Below are positions 44,811 through 56,320 of a stretch of DNA of 64,000 nt, piece after piece. The position numbers were made by a program, and so were the translations under genes. The DNA comes from the human T2T-CHM13v2.0 reference genome, Homo sapiens. Position 1 is the first letter of the stretch. Each line of letters begins with the position of its first letter. The notes beneath the pieces were generated by a model. That model did not search any database, was not told where the DNA came from, and worked only from the letters and a program-made list of their open reading frames with translations. The DNA is taken from NCBI RefSeq assembly GCF_009914755.1, contig NC_060929.1; one strand, given 5' to 3'.

Positions 44811-45426
44811 AATCAGGGCCCTCCCACACATTCACACTCCAAGTTGCAGGGCCCCATTCTTTTCCGATCAATGCCCACACTTTAACAGTAGACACCTGGC
44901 GAGGCTGAGCATTCACCTTTTGTTGCAGGTCAGCCACTTGCACGATAAGAGTTTGTGTCTGATTTTTAGCAATTTCAGCCCTTTGTCTACAGGAGATAAG
45001 GCTCTCACTCAGGGCAGTCTTAGAAGATTTGAGGCTAAGTATGTGCTTCTGGAGCTGGGAGTTAGAATCCCTGAGCTCATCCTTTTCTTTCATCACTTTG
45101 TCCAGTGAGCGAACTTAGGAGCAACCAATTAACTTCATTATACTTCTTGGCTCTCCACATATGGTCTAAGGCATTATGTATAGAGTCACTAAACTCCTTG
45201 GTTCTCAAGAACAGTGAATGAGGAGTATCAAATTTATTTATGTTGCGTAACTCTCTAAACAATTTATGCCAAGGACTATCAGTGTTCTCCATACTCTTAG
45301 AAGTAGAGTCCTTAGCATTTTTGAGTCTAATTATGTTAAGCAGCTAACTCCAGAAACCACAAAACCAACTAAAGAAATCCATCCTTAAAATTCTGTTCCT
45401 CTGGAACCACTCCTGGTACCAAAATC
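44811..45426 (-). pseudogene. ERV-L (HERV-L) leader and frameshifted gag 5' part
   Basis: Minus strand GATTTTGGTACCAGGAGTGGTTCC PBS region; ORF pieces 45077-45292 and 44809-45096 with the ERV-L gag motif VSTVKVWALIGKEWGPATW. Confidence 0.85.
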
Positions 45427-45594
45427 TGTATCAGTCCATTTTCACACTGCTATAAATATACTACGTGAGACTGGGTAATTTATAACGACAAAAGGTTTAA
45501 TTGACTCACAGTTTTGCATAGCTGGAGAGGCCTCAGGAAACTTACAATCATGGTGGAAGGTGAAGGGGAAGCAAGGCACGTCTTACATGGCAGC

Positions 45595-45630
<36 letters not shown>

Positions 45631-45803
45631 GTGCCCTACTTTAAAACCATCAGCTCTTGTGAGAACTCACTCATGATCATGAGAACAGTATGGGCAATAC
45701 CACCCCCATCATCCAGTCGCTCTCCACCAGATCCCTCCCTTGACATGTGAGAATTACCATCCGAGATAAGATTTGGGTGGGGACCCAGTGTCAAAGCATA
45801 TCA
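45427..45803 (-). mobile_element. THE1D/MSTA-type LTR (MaLR)
   Basis: tgtatcagtccattttcacactgctata...ggaaacttacaatcatgg...(GA)n...catatca. Confidence 0.9.
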
Positions 45804-46122
45804 GATGTCATGAAAGAGCAGGTTGGCACCTTGTTTTCCTGTTGGGTATATGCTTGGCAGTGGACTTGCTCATCTGCTCTTTAAGTCTCTTGAACAGAGA
45901 AGTTGAGAATTGGAGAAAGATCATATGGTTAAGAGGGAGGGCAACAATGGAGAGGTTTGCACGTCTGGTGGTGTAGCAATGATGTGGAGGTTCCCAAGTC
46001 AAATGGAAGCCAAGAATAAAGCAGAACTTGGGATCCCCTTTCTGTATTTTTTCAACAGAGGCACCTGGGATATGAGCAGAAGAGGAATAGAGTGTGTCAC
46101 ATAATAGGAAGAGGTTGCCAGG

Positions 46123-49100
46123 TGTATTAGTCTGTTCTTATACTGCTGATAAAGACATACCTGAGACTGGGCAATTTACAAAAGAAAGAGGTTTCATGGA
46201 CTTACAGTTCCACATGGTTGGGGAGGCCTCACAATCATGGTGGAAGGCAAGGAGGAGCAAGTCTCATCTTACATGGATGGTGGGAGGCAAAAAGAGAGAG
46301 AACTTGCTCAGGGGAGCTCCTCTTTTTAAAACCATCAAATTTCATGAGACTTATTTACTGTCACGAGAACAGCATGGGAAAGACCTACCCCATGATTCAA
46401 TTACCTCCCATTTGGTCCCTCCCACAACACGTGGGAAATCAAGATGAAATTTGGGTGGGGACAGAGCCAAACCATATCATTCTGCCCCTGGCTCCTCCCA
46501 AATCTCATGTCCTCACATTTCAAAACCAATCATGCCTTGCCAACAGTCCCCCAAACTCTTAACTCATTTCAGCATTAACTCAAAAGTCCATAGTCCAAAG
46601 TCTCATCCAAGACAAGGCAAGTCCCTTCTACCTATGAGCCTGTAAAATCAAAAGCAAGTTAGTTACCTCCTAGATAAAATGGGTAAAGGCGTTGGGTAAA
46701 TACAAGAAGTATGGTACTCATATCTATTGGATTCTGGTGAGGTCTTTAAGCTGCTTCTACTCATGATAGAAGGTTTTCACCTTCTATCATGAAGCCAGTG
46801 TGTGCAGAAGTCACATGGCAGGAGAGGAAGAAAAGGGTAGGGGGAATGTGCCAGACTCTTTTTAATGGCCAGCTTTTGTAGGAATGAATAGAATGAGAAC
46901 CCACCCACTCTTAATGGTTGATATCTGTCTATTCACAAGGGATCTGCCCTCATGACCCAAACATCTTCCATTAGGCCCCACGTCTAACGTTGGGGATTGT
47001 ATTAGTCCATTTTCATGCTGTTGGTAAAGACATATCCAAGACTGGGCAATTTAAAAAAGAAAGAGGTTTAATGGACTTACAGTTCCACTGTAGTGGCTGG
47101 GAAAGCCTCACAATCATGGCAGAAGACAAGGAGGAAAAAGTCACGTCTCAAATGGCAGCAGACAAGAGTGAAGCTTGTGCAGGGAAACTTCCATTTTTAA
47201 AACCATTATATCTTGTGAGACTCATTCACTGTCAGGAGAACAGCACAGGGAAGATCTGCCCCCATAATTCAATCATCTCCCCCGGGGTTCCTCCCACAAC
47301 ATGTGGGAATTGTGGGAGTTATAATTTAAGGTGGTATTTGGGTGGGCACACAGCCAAACCATATTGTTCTGCCCCTAGCCCCTCCCAAATCTACAGTCCT
47401 CACATTTCAAAACCAATCATGTCTTCCCGACAGTCCTCCAAAGTCTTAACTCGTTTCAGCATTAACTCAAAAGTCCATAGTTCAATGTCTTATCTGACAC
47501 GAGGCAAGTTTGTTCCTCCTATGAGCCTGTAGAAACAAAATCAAGCTACTTACTTCCTAGATACAAGGGAGGTATGGGCACTGGGTAAATACAACCTTTC
47601 CAAATGGGAGAAATTGGCCAAAACAAAGGGGCTACAGTCTGAAATCCAGCAGGGCAGTCAAGTCTTAAAGCTCCAAAATGATCTCCTTTGACTCCATGTC
47701 TCATATCCGGGTCATGCTGATGGAAGATGTGGGTTCCCATGGTCTTGGGCAGCTCTGCCCCTGCGGCTTTGCAGGGTACAGCATCCCTTCTGGCTGCTTT
47801 CATGGGCTGATGTTGAGTGTCTGTGGATTTTCCATGTGCACCGTGAAAGCTCTTGGTGGGTCTATTATTCTGGGGTCTGGAGGATGGCAGCCCTCTTCTC
47901 ACAGCTTCCCTAGGTGGTGCCCCAGTAGGAACTCTGTTTGGGAGGTCAAACCCCACATTTCCTTTCTGCACTGCCTTAACAGAGGTTCTCCATGAGGGCC
48001 TCGCCCCTGCAGCAAACTTTTGCCTAGGCATCCAGCATTGTCATACATGTTCTGAAATCTAGGCAGAGGTTCACAAACCTCAATTCTTGACTTCTGTGCA
48101 CTGCAGGCTCTGTGCACAATGTGGAAGCTGCCAAGGCTTGGGGCTTCCTCCCTCTGAAGCAACATCCCAAGCTGTACCTTGGCCCCTTTTAGTCATGGTT
48201 GGAGCAGCCTGAATGCACAGCACCAAGTCTCTAACCTCCACACAGCAGATGGACCCTGAGCCCAGCCCATGGAAGCATTTTTTCCTCCTAGGCCTCCAGG
48301 CCTGTGATGGGAGGGGCTGCTTTGAAGACCTCTAACATGCCCTGGGGACCTTTTCTTCATTGTCTTGGGGATTAACATTTGGCTCCTCATTACTTATGCA
48401 AATTTCTGAAGCTGGCTTGAATTTAAAAAAGAAAATAGATTTTCTTTTCTATTGCATTGACAGGCTGCAAATTTCCTGAGCTTTTATGCGCTGTTTTCCA
48501 TTTAAAACTGAATGACTTTAACAACAACCAAGTCACCTCTTGAATGCTTTGCTGCTTAGAAATTTCTTCCACCAGTTACCCTAAATCATCTCTCTCAAGT
48601 TCAAAGTTCCACCAATCTCTTGGACAGGGGCAAAATGCTACCAGTCTCTTTGCTAAAACATAAAAAGTGTTACCTTTGCTCCAGTTCTCAACAAATACCT
48701 CATTTACATCTGAAACCACCTCAGCCTGGACTTTATTGTCCATATTATTAGCAGCATTTTTGTCAAAGCCATTCAACAAGTTTCTAGGAAGTTCCAAACT
48801 TTCCCATATTTTCCTGTCTTCTTCTGAGCCAGCCTCTAAACTGTTCCAACCCCTGCCTGTTACCCAGTTCCAAAGTTGCTTCCACGTTTTTGGGTATCTA
48901 CAGTAGCACCCCACTCTTGGTACCAATTTGCTGTATTAGTCTGTTCTCATACTGCTGATAAAGACATACCTGAGACTGGGCAATTTACAAAAGAAAGAGG
49001 TTTAAGGGGCTTACATTTCCACATTGCTGGGAGGCCTCACAATCATGGCAGAAGGCAACGAGGAGCAAGTCATGTCTTACATGGATGGCAGCAGGCAAAA

Positions 49101-49288
49101 AGAGAGAGAACTTGTGCAGGGGAACTTTTCTTTATAAAATCATCAGATTTCATGAGACTTATTCAGTATCACGAGAACAGCCTGGGGAATACTTGTCCCC
49201 ATGATTCAATTACCTCACACTGGGTTACTCCCAGAACACATATAAACTCAAGATGGGATTTGGGTGGGGACACAGCCAAACCATATCA
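46123..49288 (-). mobile_element. THE1 (MaLR) provirus with three LTRs
   Basis: LTRs at 46123-46479, 46998-47366 and 48932-49288; internal sequence 46480-46705 and 47367-48931; MSTB-like fragment 46706-46997; TSD CCAGG/CCAAG. Confidence 0.9.
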
Positions 49289-49479
49289 CCAAGATTCCCA
49301 CTCAAGGGAATTATGTGATGGAGTGGCCCTGAGAGCTTTGCTGGCGTCCTTGCACATATGCTCTATTGGAGGACCAACCTTGTTTTACCAAGGTCACTGG
49401 ACAAGTCAGTCTCAGCTAGAGAGCAGTGACAGCAAAGGAAGATGGCAATTCTCATTCACATATGTGGTAACAAATATCT

Positions 49480-49708
49480 CAAAGAGGGTACTTAAACCTG
49501 AGAAGACTTTGTAACTGTGCCCTTGAGCTGCTTGCTCAGCCTGCTCCCACCCTGTGGAGTCTTTTCTTGCTTCAACAAATCTCTACTTTTGCCGTTTTGT
49601 TGCTTTGTTTCATTCCTTTGTTATTTCATTTGTGCATTTTGTTCAATTCTTTGTTCAACATGCCAGGAACCTGGATGTCTCACACTTGAGGCCTGCCTCC
49701 TGGTAACA
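49480..49708 (+). mobile_element. ERV1 (MER41/MER4-group-like) LTR 3' part
   Basis: cctgctcccaccctgtggagt...gcattttgttcaattctttgttcaacatgccaggaacctgg...tggtaaca. Confidence 0.65.
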
Positions 49709-49709
49709 C

Positions 49710-50370
49710 TACTGGCTTTTAATTTTTGTCAGTGTGGTGTGAAATGATATCTCATGATTTTAATTTGCATTTCCCCAGTTACTGACTTTGATAATTTTAA
49801 AATGTTTCATATTAATATGTAATATATTCTATTTTCTATTTTGTGAAATACTTGTTTGGAACTTTTGCCCTTATTGAGTTTTTGTTTTCTTGACTTATGC
49901 GAGTTGTTTATATGTTTGGGATTCTAATCCTTTCTTGGTTACATAAATTACAAAGATCTATGTGGCTTGGGTGTGGCTTGTGTTTTAACTCTTTTTATGG
50001 TAACTTTCATGTAAGAAACTATAAATCTTGTTGCAAATAACACTTCTATACTACAAGGTTATAAAGATATTCTCTATATTTGAAAAATTTTAAATGTTTT
50101 ACATTTCACATTGAAATCTCTTTAATTCACATGGAAATGAGTTATTTTGTGTGTGTGTTTAGTAACTATTTAATTAGGCATACCTGAGTAAAGTGAACAT
50201 TTTATTATGTAGCAGCCATTTTTCATCTCTGATATTGTGCTTTGCTTTAAAGTCTACTTTTATGCCATAGGTATAATGACATCTTTTTTGGTTAATATTT
50301 GCTTTGTACATTGTTATGAGTTTTCTATTTGTTGTGTGTTTTAATGTTTTTTTTCTTCCTTTCTATATTC
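49710..50370 (-). mobile_element. Old L1M fragments
   Basis: gaaatgatatctcatgattttaatttgcatttccc...gattctaatcctttc. Confidence 0.55.
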
Positions 50371-50374
50371 GTTT

Positions 50375-50753
50375 TGTGAACCCAGAAAATTTGAGACAGG
50401 TCTCAGTTAATTTAGAAAGTTTATTTTGTCAAAGTTGAGGATGCGCCCATGACACAGCCTCAGGAAGTCCTGATGACACATGCCGAAGGTGGTCGGGGCA
50501 CAGTTTGGTTTTATACATTTTAGGGAGACATGAGACATCAATCAATACATGTAAGAAGTACGTTAGTTCCACCCAGAAAGGCAGAGACACAGATGGTTGC
50601 ATTCTTTTGAATTTCTCATAAGTCTTTCTGAAGGAGGCAATCAGAATATGCATCTATCTCTGTGAGCAGAGGGATGACTTTGAATAGAATGGGAGGCAGA
50701 TTTGCCCTGAGCAGTTCCCAGCTTGAAGGGGCCCAAGATATTTTCCTTTCACA
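50375..50753 (-). mobile_element. MER4A-like solo LTR (ERV1)
   Basis: tgtgaacccagaaaatttgagacaggtctcag...gatattttcctttcaca. Confidence 0.85.
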
Positions 50754-50824
50754 TTTTGGGTTGTGGTTTTTTCTTTTTTCTCACTCTGTATATTCTCTCT
50801 TTACCCTTTCAAATTCATGTGTAT

Positions 50825-51224
50825 TGTTAAATCAAGTTTAGCTTAAAGCTACCTCCTTACGTATTTTAAATTCAGCCTAAAAATTTCTTGGTAAATCGTG
50901 AACTATAACCTGAATGGAATTGTAAACAGACTGTAGCCCACTCTTGTGCCAATCACTGAGTTTTGGCCGATCAAATGTGGCCAACTGTTCAAACTGTGTT
51001 CAAATAAGGCAAAAGCCAAGTTGTAACCAATCTACCTGTTTCTCTACCTCACTTCTGTTTTCTGTTACATCGCTTTCCTATTTCTGTCCATAAATCTTCT
51101 TCCACCACGTGGCTGCACTGGAGTCTCTGAGCCTACTCTTGCTCAGGAGGCTGCCCTATTCACCAATTGTTCTTTGCTCAATTAAAGTTTTAAATTAAAT
51201 TCAGCTGCAGTTTTCCTTTTAACA
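50825..51224 (+). mobile_element. MER57-like solo LTR (ERV1)
   Basis: TGTTAAATCAAGTTTAGC...TTTTAACA; perfect 4-bp TSD GTAT. Confidence 0.88.
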
Positions 51225-51311
51225 GTATTCTTTTATTAGTTATCCTGGCAATTTTAACATACATGTCTTATACTTAGTCTCATATTAATTAACATTGTTA
51301 CTATCCTTCTA

Positions 51312-51503
51312 AATAATACCAGAACTTTCAGTCATTCTAATGTTCTTAATTTCTATCTATTATACCTTTCTGGAGCCATACACATGCCTAGAATCCAGCA
51401 AATTTAGAATAATTCTAGGACTTTTGGTTATTCTAATGCTCTTAACTTATATCTATTATACCTTTCTGGAGCCACACACATACCTAGAATCCACTAAATC
51501 CAG
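51312..51503. repeat. Diverged tandem duplication, 96-bp period x2
   Basis: Shared core TATCTATTATACCTTTCTGGAGCCA...CCTAGAATCCA. Confidence 0.9.
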
Positions 51504-52864
51504 GATTTAAATTTTGTATTCTGTCTTTTTCCCCAGAATTTTTAAGACCATGGTAACATTTCTAGCGTTCTTACTTTTTAAAATCTGTTTTCAACAATCG
51601 AATAGGAATGGTGAGCTTTCGAGAGGAATGAGGAGAAACTCATTCTGATCTGGGAATACTCAGCTCCAAAGGAAAACAGTGTTTTTCTGTTCAGTCTCTG
51701 ATGTGTTTATTAACTTGCCTTTCCCATTTGCTTCTTCCCATTTTTGTGGCTCTTCACCCTCTCTTATGGTGAACTCTACTCTTCTGATTCTGTATGATAC
51801 AACTTTATGTAAGGAGTTTCTAAGTGATTGACTATAAAATATGTTAGCTTTCTCAAGATCTGAAACTTGTTTCAAAGTACTTGTTACACAACACAGACAC
51901 CGTCTCTATTATAAGGATGATGATGATAATAATAATTTCACTTTTGTCTTCCCTTTCCTCTGCAGTGTTGCATAAGCTTATTTCAGGTTAGTTGATGTAT
52001 CTAGGTCTCCTAAAGAGAATGACACAAAAATATGAAGTTAGAATGCATATTTAAAGTAAACAAAGATTTGATTTCCAACTTGCTGCCTCCCTCCACCTGC
52101 ATCATCAGCATTTACTATTGATTCCAGTTTTCGTCTACATCTAGCATGTTTTGTCTTTCCATCTCATGGGCTCACCCCAGCTCATAAATTCTCCCTCTAA
52201 ATGCTTTCATAAAAATCACAATTTGAGGCATGATGCTAAATATCAAAGATCTTCACCCACTCCCCAAACAAAGCATTTGCCCAGCTGCCACCAACAATAC
52301 TTCTAAATGCCAGTCAAAGCATGCAAAAGCAAAGTATATGGCATTTTGCTGGGACTTATAATGATAAGTTAAAACATCTTATTGATGCTCATCAAGGATG
52401 AAAAGTAAGAATTTTGCATGAAAATAGAAAAAGTGCTTAGAAAAACAAGCTGTGCTTGTGCTTTTGAAGTTAATATTGTACACAAAATAAGAAGATGAAG
52501 GCCAAAAAAATCTTTGGAAAATTACTTTAAAATTTTTGAATTTTTAACAACACATTCTGATATTCTGATATTAAAGCTCAAGGGGTCAGAGTTTGATCTG
52601 ATTTGAAAGTAGGGGCTGAAATTGGAGGAGATCTGATCACTATCACCTGTTTTTCTTTTTCAACTCCTACTTATGCTTTTTAAAACTCCCTTTACCTCAA
52701 TAACTGTGCTTGAATCTAGTTACTGAAAAGAGCAGGGCATTATGTGCATTCAATCACAGGTCCACATCTTTGTGGCCAGCAGTATTGCTAGTAAGTTACA
52801 TGTGCTTTTAGAAGCCTTTGGCCTCATCACAGTTAATAATAATAATAGCAATTATTTATACGGA

Positions 52865-53006
52865 AGCCAGGAAGAGAGCCCTCACCAGAAACTGAACTGA
52901 CTGGCACCTTGATCATGGATATCTAGGCTCCAGAGCTGTAAGAAAATACATTTCTGTTGTGGAAGCCAAGCAGCCCATAGTATTTTGTTATGGCAGCCTG
53001 AACAGA
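52865..53006 (+). mobile_element. MLT1 (A/B-like) LTR 3' fragment
   Basis: agccaggaagagagccctcaccagaa...ggcaccttgatc...tattttgttatggcagcc. Confidence 0.8.
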
Positions 53007-53044
53007 GATGGTAGCAATGTGGACTGTTTTAGGACTTCTCTGTT

Positions 53045-55661
53045 GAGGTGTCATGGCAAATGGGAGCCAGGACTAGATTACAGTTCTGACTTGGATGGAC
53101 AGAGCAGCATGTGGAGGCTCACATCATGAATTTTAGCTCCAGAATGACTGCAGGAATAAATCAGGAAACCTGAGAGGACCCACAGTCCCTCTAAATAAAG
53201 CAAATTTCTCCTGCAGAACCTGGGAGACACGCCAAATACCATAAGTGCGCAAACTGTGGAAGCAGAAAAGGGAAATCCTCCATCCTGGAACACACACTCT
53301 CGCTGGGGAAACTGAAGGTCTAGTTTGCTGGAGAAGATTCTGACCTTACCTGGAGCTGAGTCAATTTAGAGAGCTGAGCAAAATACAGTGGTAGAGGAAG
53401 AAGTGGGAAAGGCCCTGGGAGCTCGCTGGGTCCCCAAGCAGGCCATTCCTGCCTGGCACCACAGGGACTCTTCGTCAGGGTGGCCACAGGCATGGGGAAA
53501 ATGCCACAGAGAGAAGGAAACCACCAGCTGAACTTTGTAACAATCTGAACCGGTCAAGAAGCCTCCTGGCCAGAACTGGGGGGAGGGCGCAAATCCTGCA
53601 TGCAGACTCCAGCCATGACTCAGCAGAGGCAGCCATAATCCTCCTAGGTACATAACTCCATTGACCTGGAAACCTCACCCCCATTCCCTAAAGCAGCCGA
53701 AGCAAGACCCGCCCAAGGAGAGTCTGAGCTCAGAACCGCCAAGCCCTGCCCCCACCTGATGGTCCTTCCCTACCCACCTCAGTAACTGAACACAAAGGGC
53801 ATATACCCTTGGGAGTTCTAGGGCCCTGCCCACCACTGCTTCCTCTCCATACTACCACAGCTGATGCTCTCTGGAAAGCGCCACCTCCCGGCAGGAGGCC
53901 AATCAGCACAAAAATAGAGCATTAAACCACCAAAGCTAAGAACTCTCACAAAGACCATTTCACCCCCTGCCACCTCCACCAGAACAGGTGCTGGTATCCA
54001 TGGCTGAGAGACCCACAGACGGTTCACATCACAGGACTCCGTGTGGACAACCCCCAGTACCAGCCTGGTGTCTGGTAGACTTGCTGGGTGGCTAGATCCA
54101 GAAAAGTGATAACAATCAGTACAGCTTGGTTCTTAGGAACCCACATCCATAGAAAAAGGAGGAGAGTATTACATCAAGGGAATACCCTATGGACAAAAGA
54201 ATCTGAACAACAGCCTTCAGCCCCAGACCTTCCCTCTGACAGAGCCTACCCAAATGAGAAGGAACCAGAAGACCAACTCTGGTAATATGACAGAACAAGG
54301 CTCTTTCATACCCCCCCAAAATCACACTAGCTCACCAGCAATGGATCCAGAACAAGAAGAAATCCATGATTTACCTGAAAAAGAATTCAGGAGGTTAGTT
54401 ATTAAGCTAATCAGGGAGGCACCAGAGAAAGGTGAAGCCCATTGCAAGGAAATCCAAAAAATGATACAAGAAGTGAAGGGAGAAATATTTAAGGAAATAG
54501 ATGGCATAAAGAAAAACAATCAAAACTTCAGGAAACATTGGACACACTTATAGAAATGCAATATGATCTGGAAAGTGTCAGCAATAGAATTGAAAAAGTA
54601 GAAGAAAGAAACTCAGAGCATGAGGACAAGATCTTTGAATTAACCCAATCCAACCAAGACAATGAAAAAAGAATAAAAATAGGCACATAGACCTATGGAA
54701 CACAATAGAGAATCCAGAAATAAACCCAAATACTTACAACTAACTGATCTTTGACAAAGCAAAGAAAAATTTAAGTGGGGAAAGGACACCCTTTTCAACA
54801 AATGTTGCTGGGATAATTGTCTAGCTACATGTAGGATAATAAAGCTGGATCCTCATTTCTCACCTTATACAAAAATCAACTCAAGATGGATTAAGGACTT
54901 AAATCAAAGACCTGAAACTGTAAAAATTCTAGAAGATAACATTGGAAAAACCTTTCTAGACATTGGCTTAGGCAAGGATTTCATGACCAAGAACCCCAAA
55001 TCAAATGCAGTAAAAACAAAGATGAATAGATGTTAATGAAACTAAAGAGCTTTTGCACAGCAAAAGGAATAGTCAGCTGAGTAAACACACAACCCAAGGA
55101 ATGGGAGAAAATCTTTACAATCTATACATCTGACAAAGGACTAATATCCAGAATTTACAACAAACTCAAATAAATCAGCCAGAAAAATCAAATAACCCCA
55201 TCAAAAAGTGGGCTAAGGACATGAATGGACAATTCTCAAAAGAAGATATACAAATGTCCAACAAACATATGGAAAAATGCTCAACATCACTAATGATTAG
55301 GGAAATGTAAATCAAAACCACAGTGTGATACCATCTTACTCCTGCAAGAATGGCCATAATAAAAAATCATAAACAGTAGATATTGGCATGGATGCAGTGA
55401 TCAGGGAACACTTCTACTCTGCTGGTGGTAATTTGAACTAGTACAACCACTGTGGAAAACAGTGTGGAGATTCCTTAAAGAACTAAAAGTAGAACTACCA
55501 TTTGATCCAGCAATCCCACTACTGGGTATCTACCCATGGAAAAGAAGTCATTATATAAAAAGATACTTGCACATGCATGTGTATAGCAATACAATTTGCA
55601 ATTGCAAAGGTGTGGAACCAACCCAAATGCCCATCAATCAATGAGTAGATGAAGAAAGTAT

Positions 55662-55711
<50 letters not shown>

Positions 55712-56118
55712 GGAATACTACTCAACCATAAAAAGGAATGAATTAATGGCATTCACAGTGATGTGGATGAAACTGGAGACTATAATTCTAAGTGAAATAA
55801 CTAAGGAATGGAAAACCAAACATAGTATGTTCTCACTCATAAGAGGGAGCTAAGCTATGAGGATGCAAAGGCATAAGAATGATACAATGGACTTTGGGGA
55901 CTTGGGGGGAAGGGTGGGAGGGGGCCAAGGGATAAAAGACTACAAGTAGGGTGCAGTGTATACTGCTCGGATGATGGGTGCACCTAAATCTCACAAGTCA
56001 CCATTTAAGAACTTACTCATGTAACCAAATACCACCTATACCCCAATAACCTATGGAAAAATAAAAATTTTAAAAATAATAATAATTAAATAAAACATGG
56101 CTAAAAATTTCCAAAAAA
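53045..56118 (+). mobile_element. L1PB (L1PB1/L1PBa-type) with 5' UTR and large internal deletion
   Basis: L1PBa-type 5' UTR; ORF1 N-terminus (ORF 54254, MRRNQKTNSGNM); jump near 54675 into late ORF2; 3' UTR and A-rich tail. Confidence 0.9.
55665..55708. repeat. (TA)n microsatellite
   Basis: About 22 TA units within the L1. Confidence 0.95.
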
Positions 56119-56320
56119 TATTTGTATGGAGCTTACTCTGGGTAAAGCACAATATTAAAAGTATTTTATGTGTTAACTTATACTTAGCACAATTTTATAT
56201 TACGGATAAGGAAACCGAGTTATAGACAAGTTATGTTACTTGCTGTAGCTTTAGAGTAGCAGATTTGAACTGGGTCATCTGGCCCCTAGACTTCAGGCTC
56301 TTACCCTTTGTTTTACAATG
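56116..56320 (-). mobile_element. MIR SINE (other end at 52835-52864)
   Basis: gcttactctggg...acggataaggaaaccgag...gatttgaactggg. Confidence 0.7.

Noticed and set aside
43980-46120. Host DNA around the chimeric proviruses faintly resembling decayed ERV pol
   Set aside because: No clear RT, RNase H or integrase motif readable by eye; needs a translated HMM search.
46990-49514. ORFs of 105-212 aa
   Set aside because: Chance frames in THE1 LTRs, or remnants of the THE1 internal ORF.
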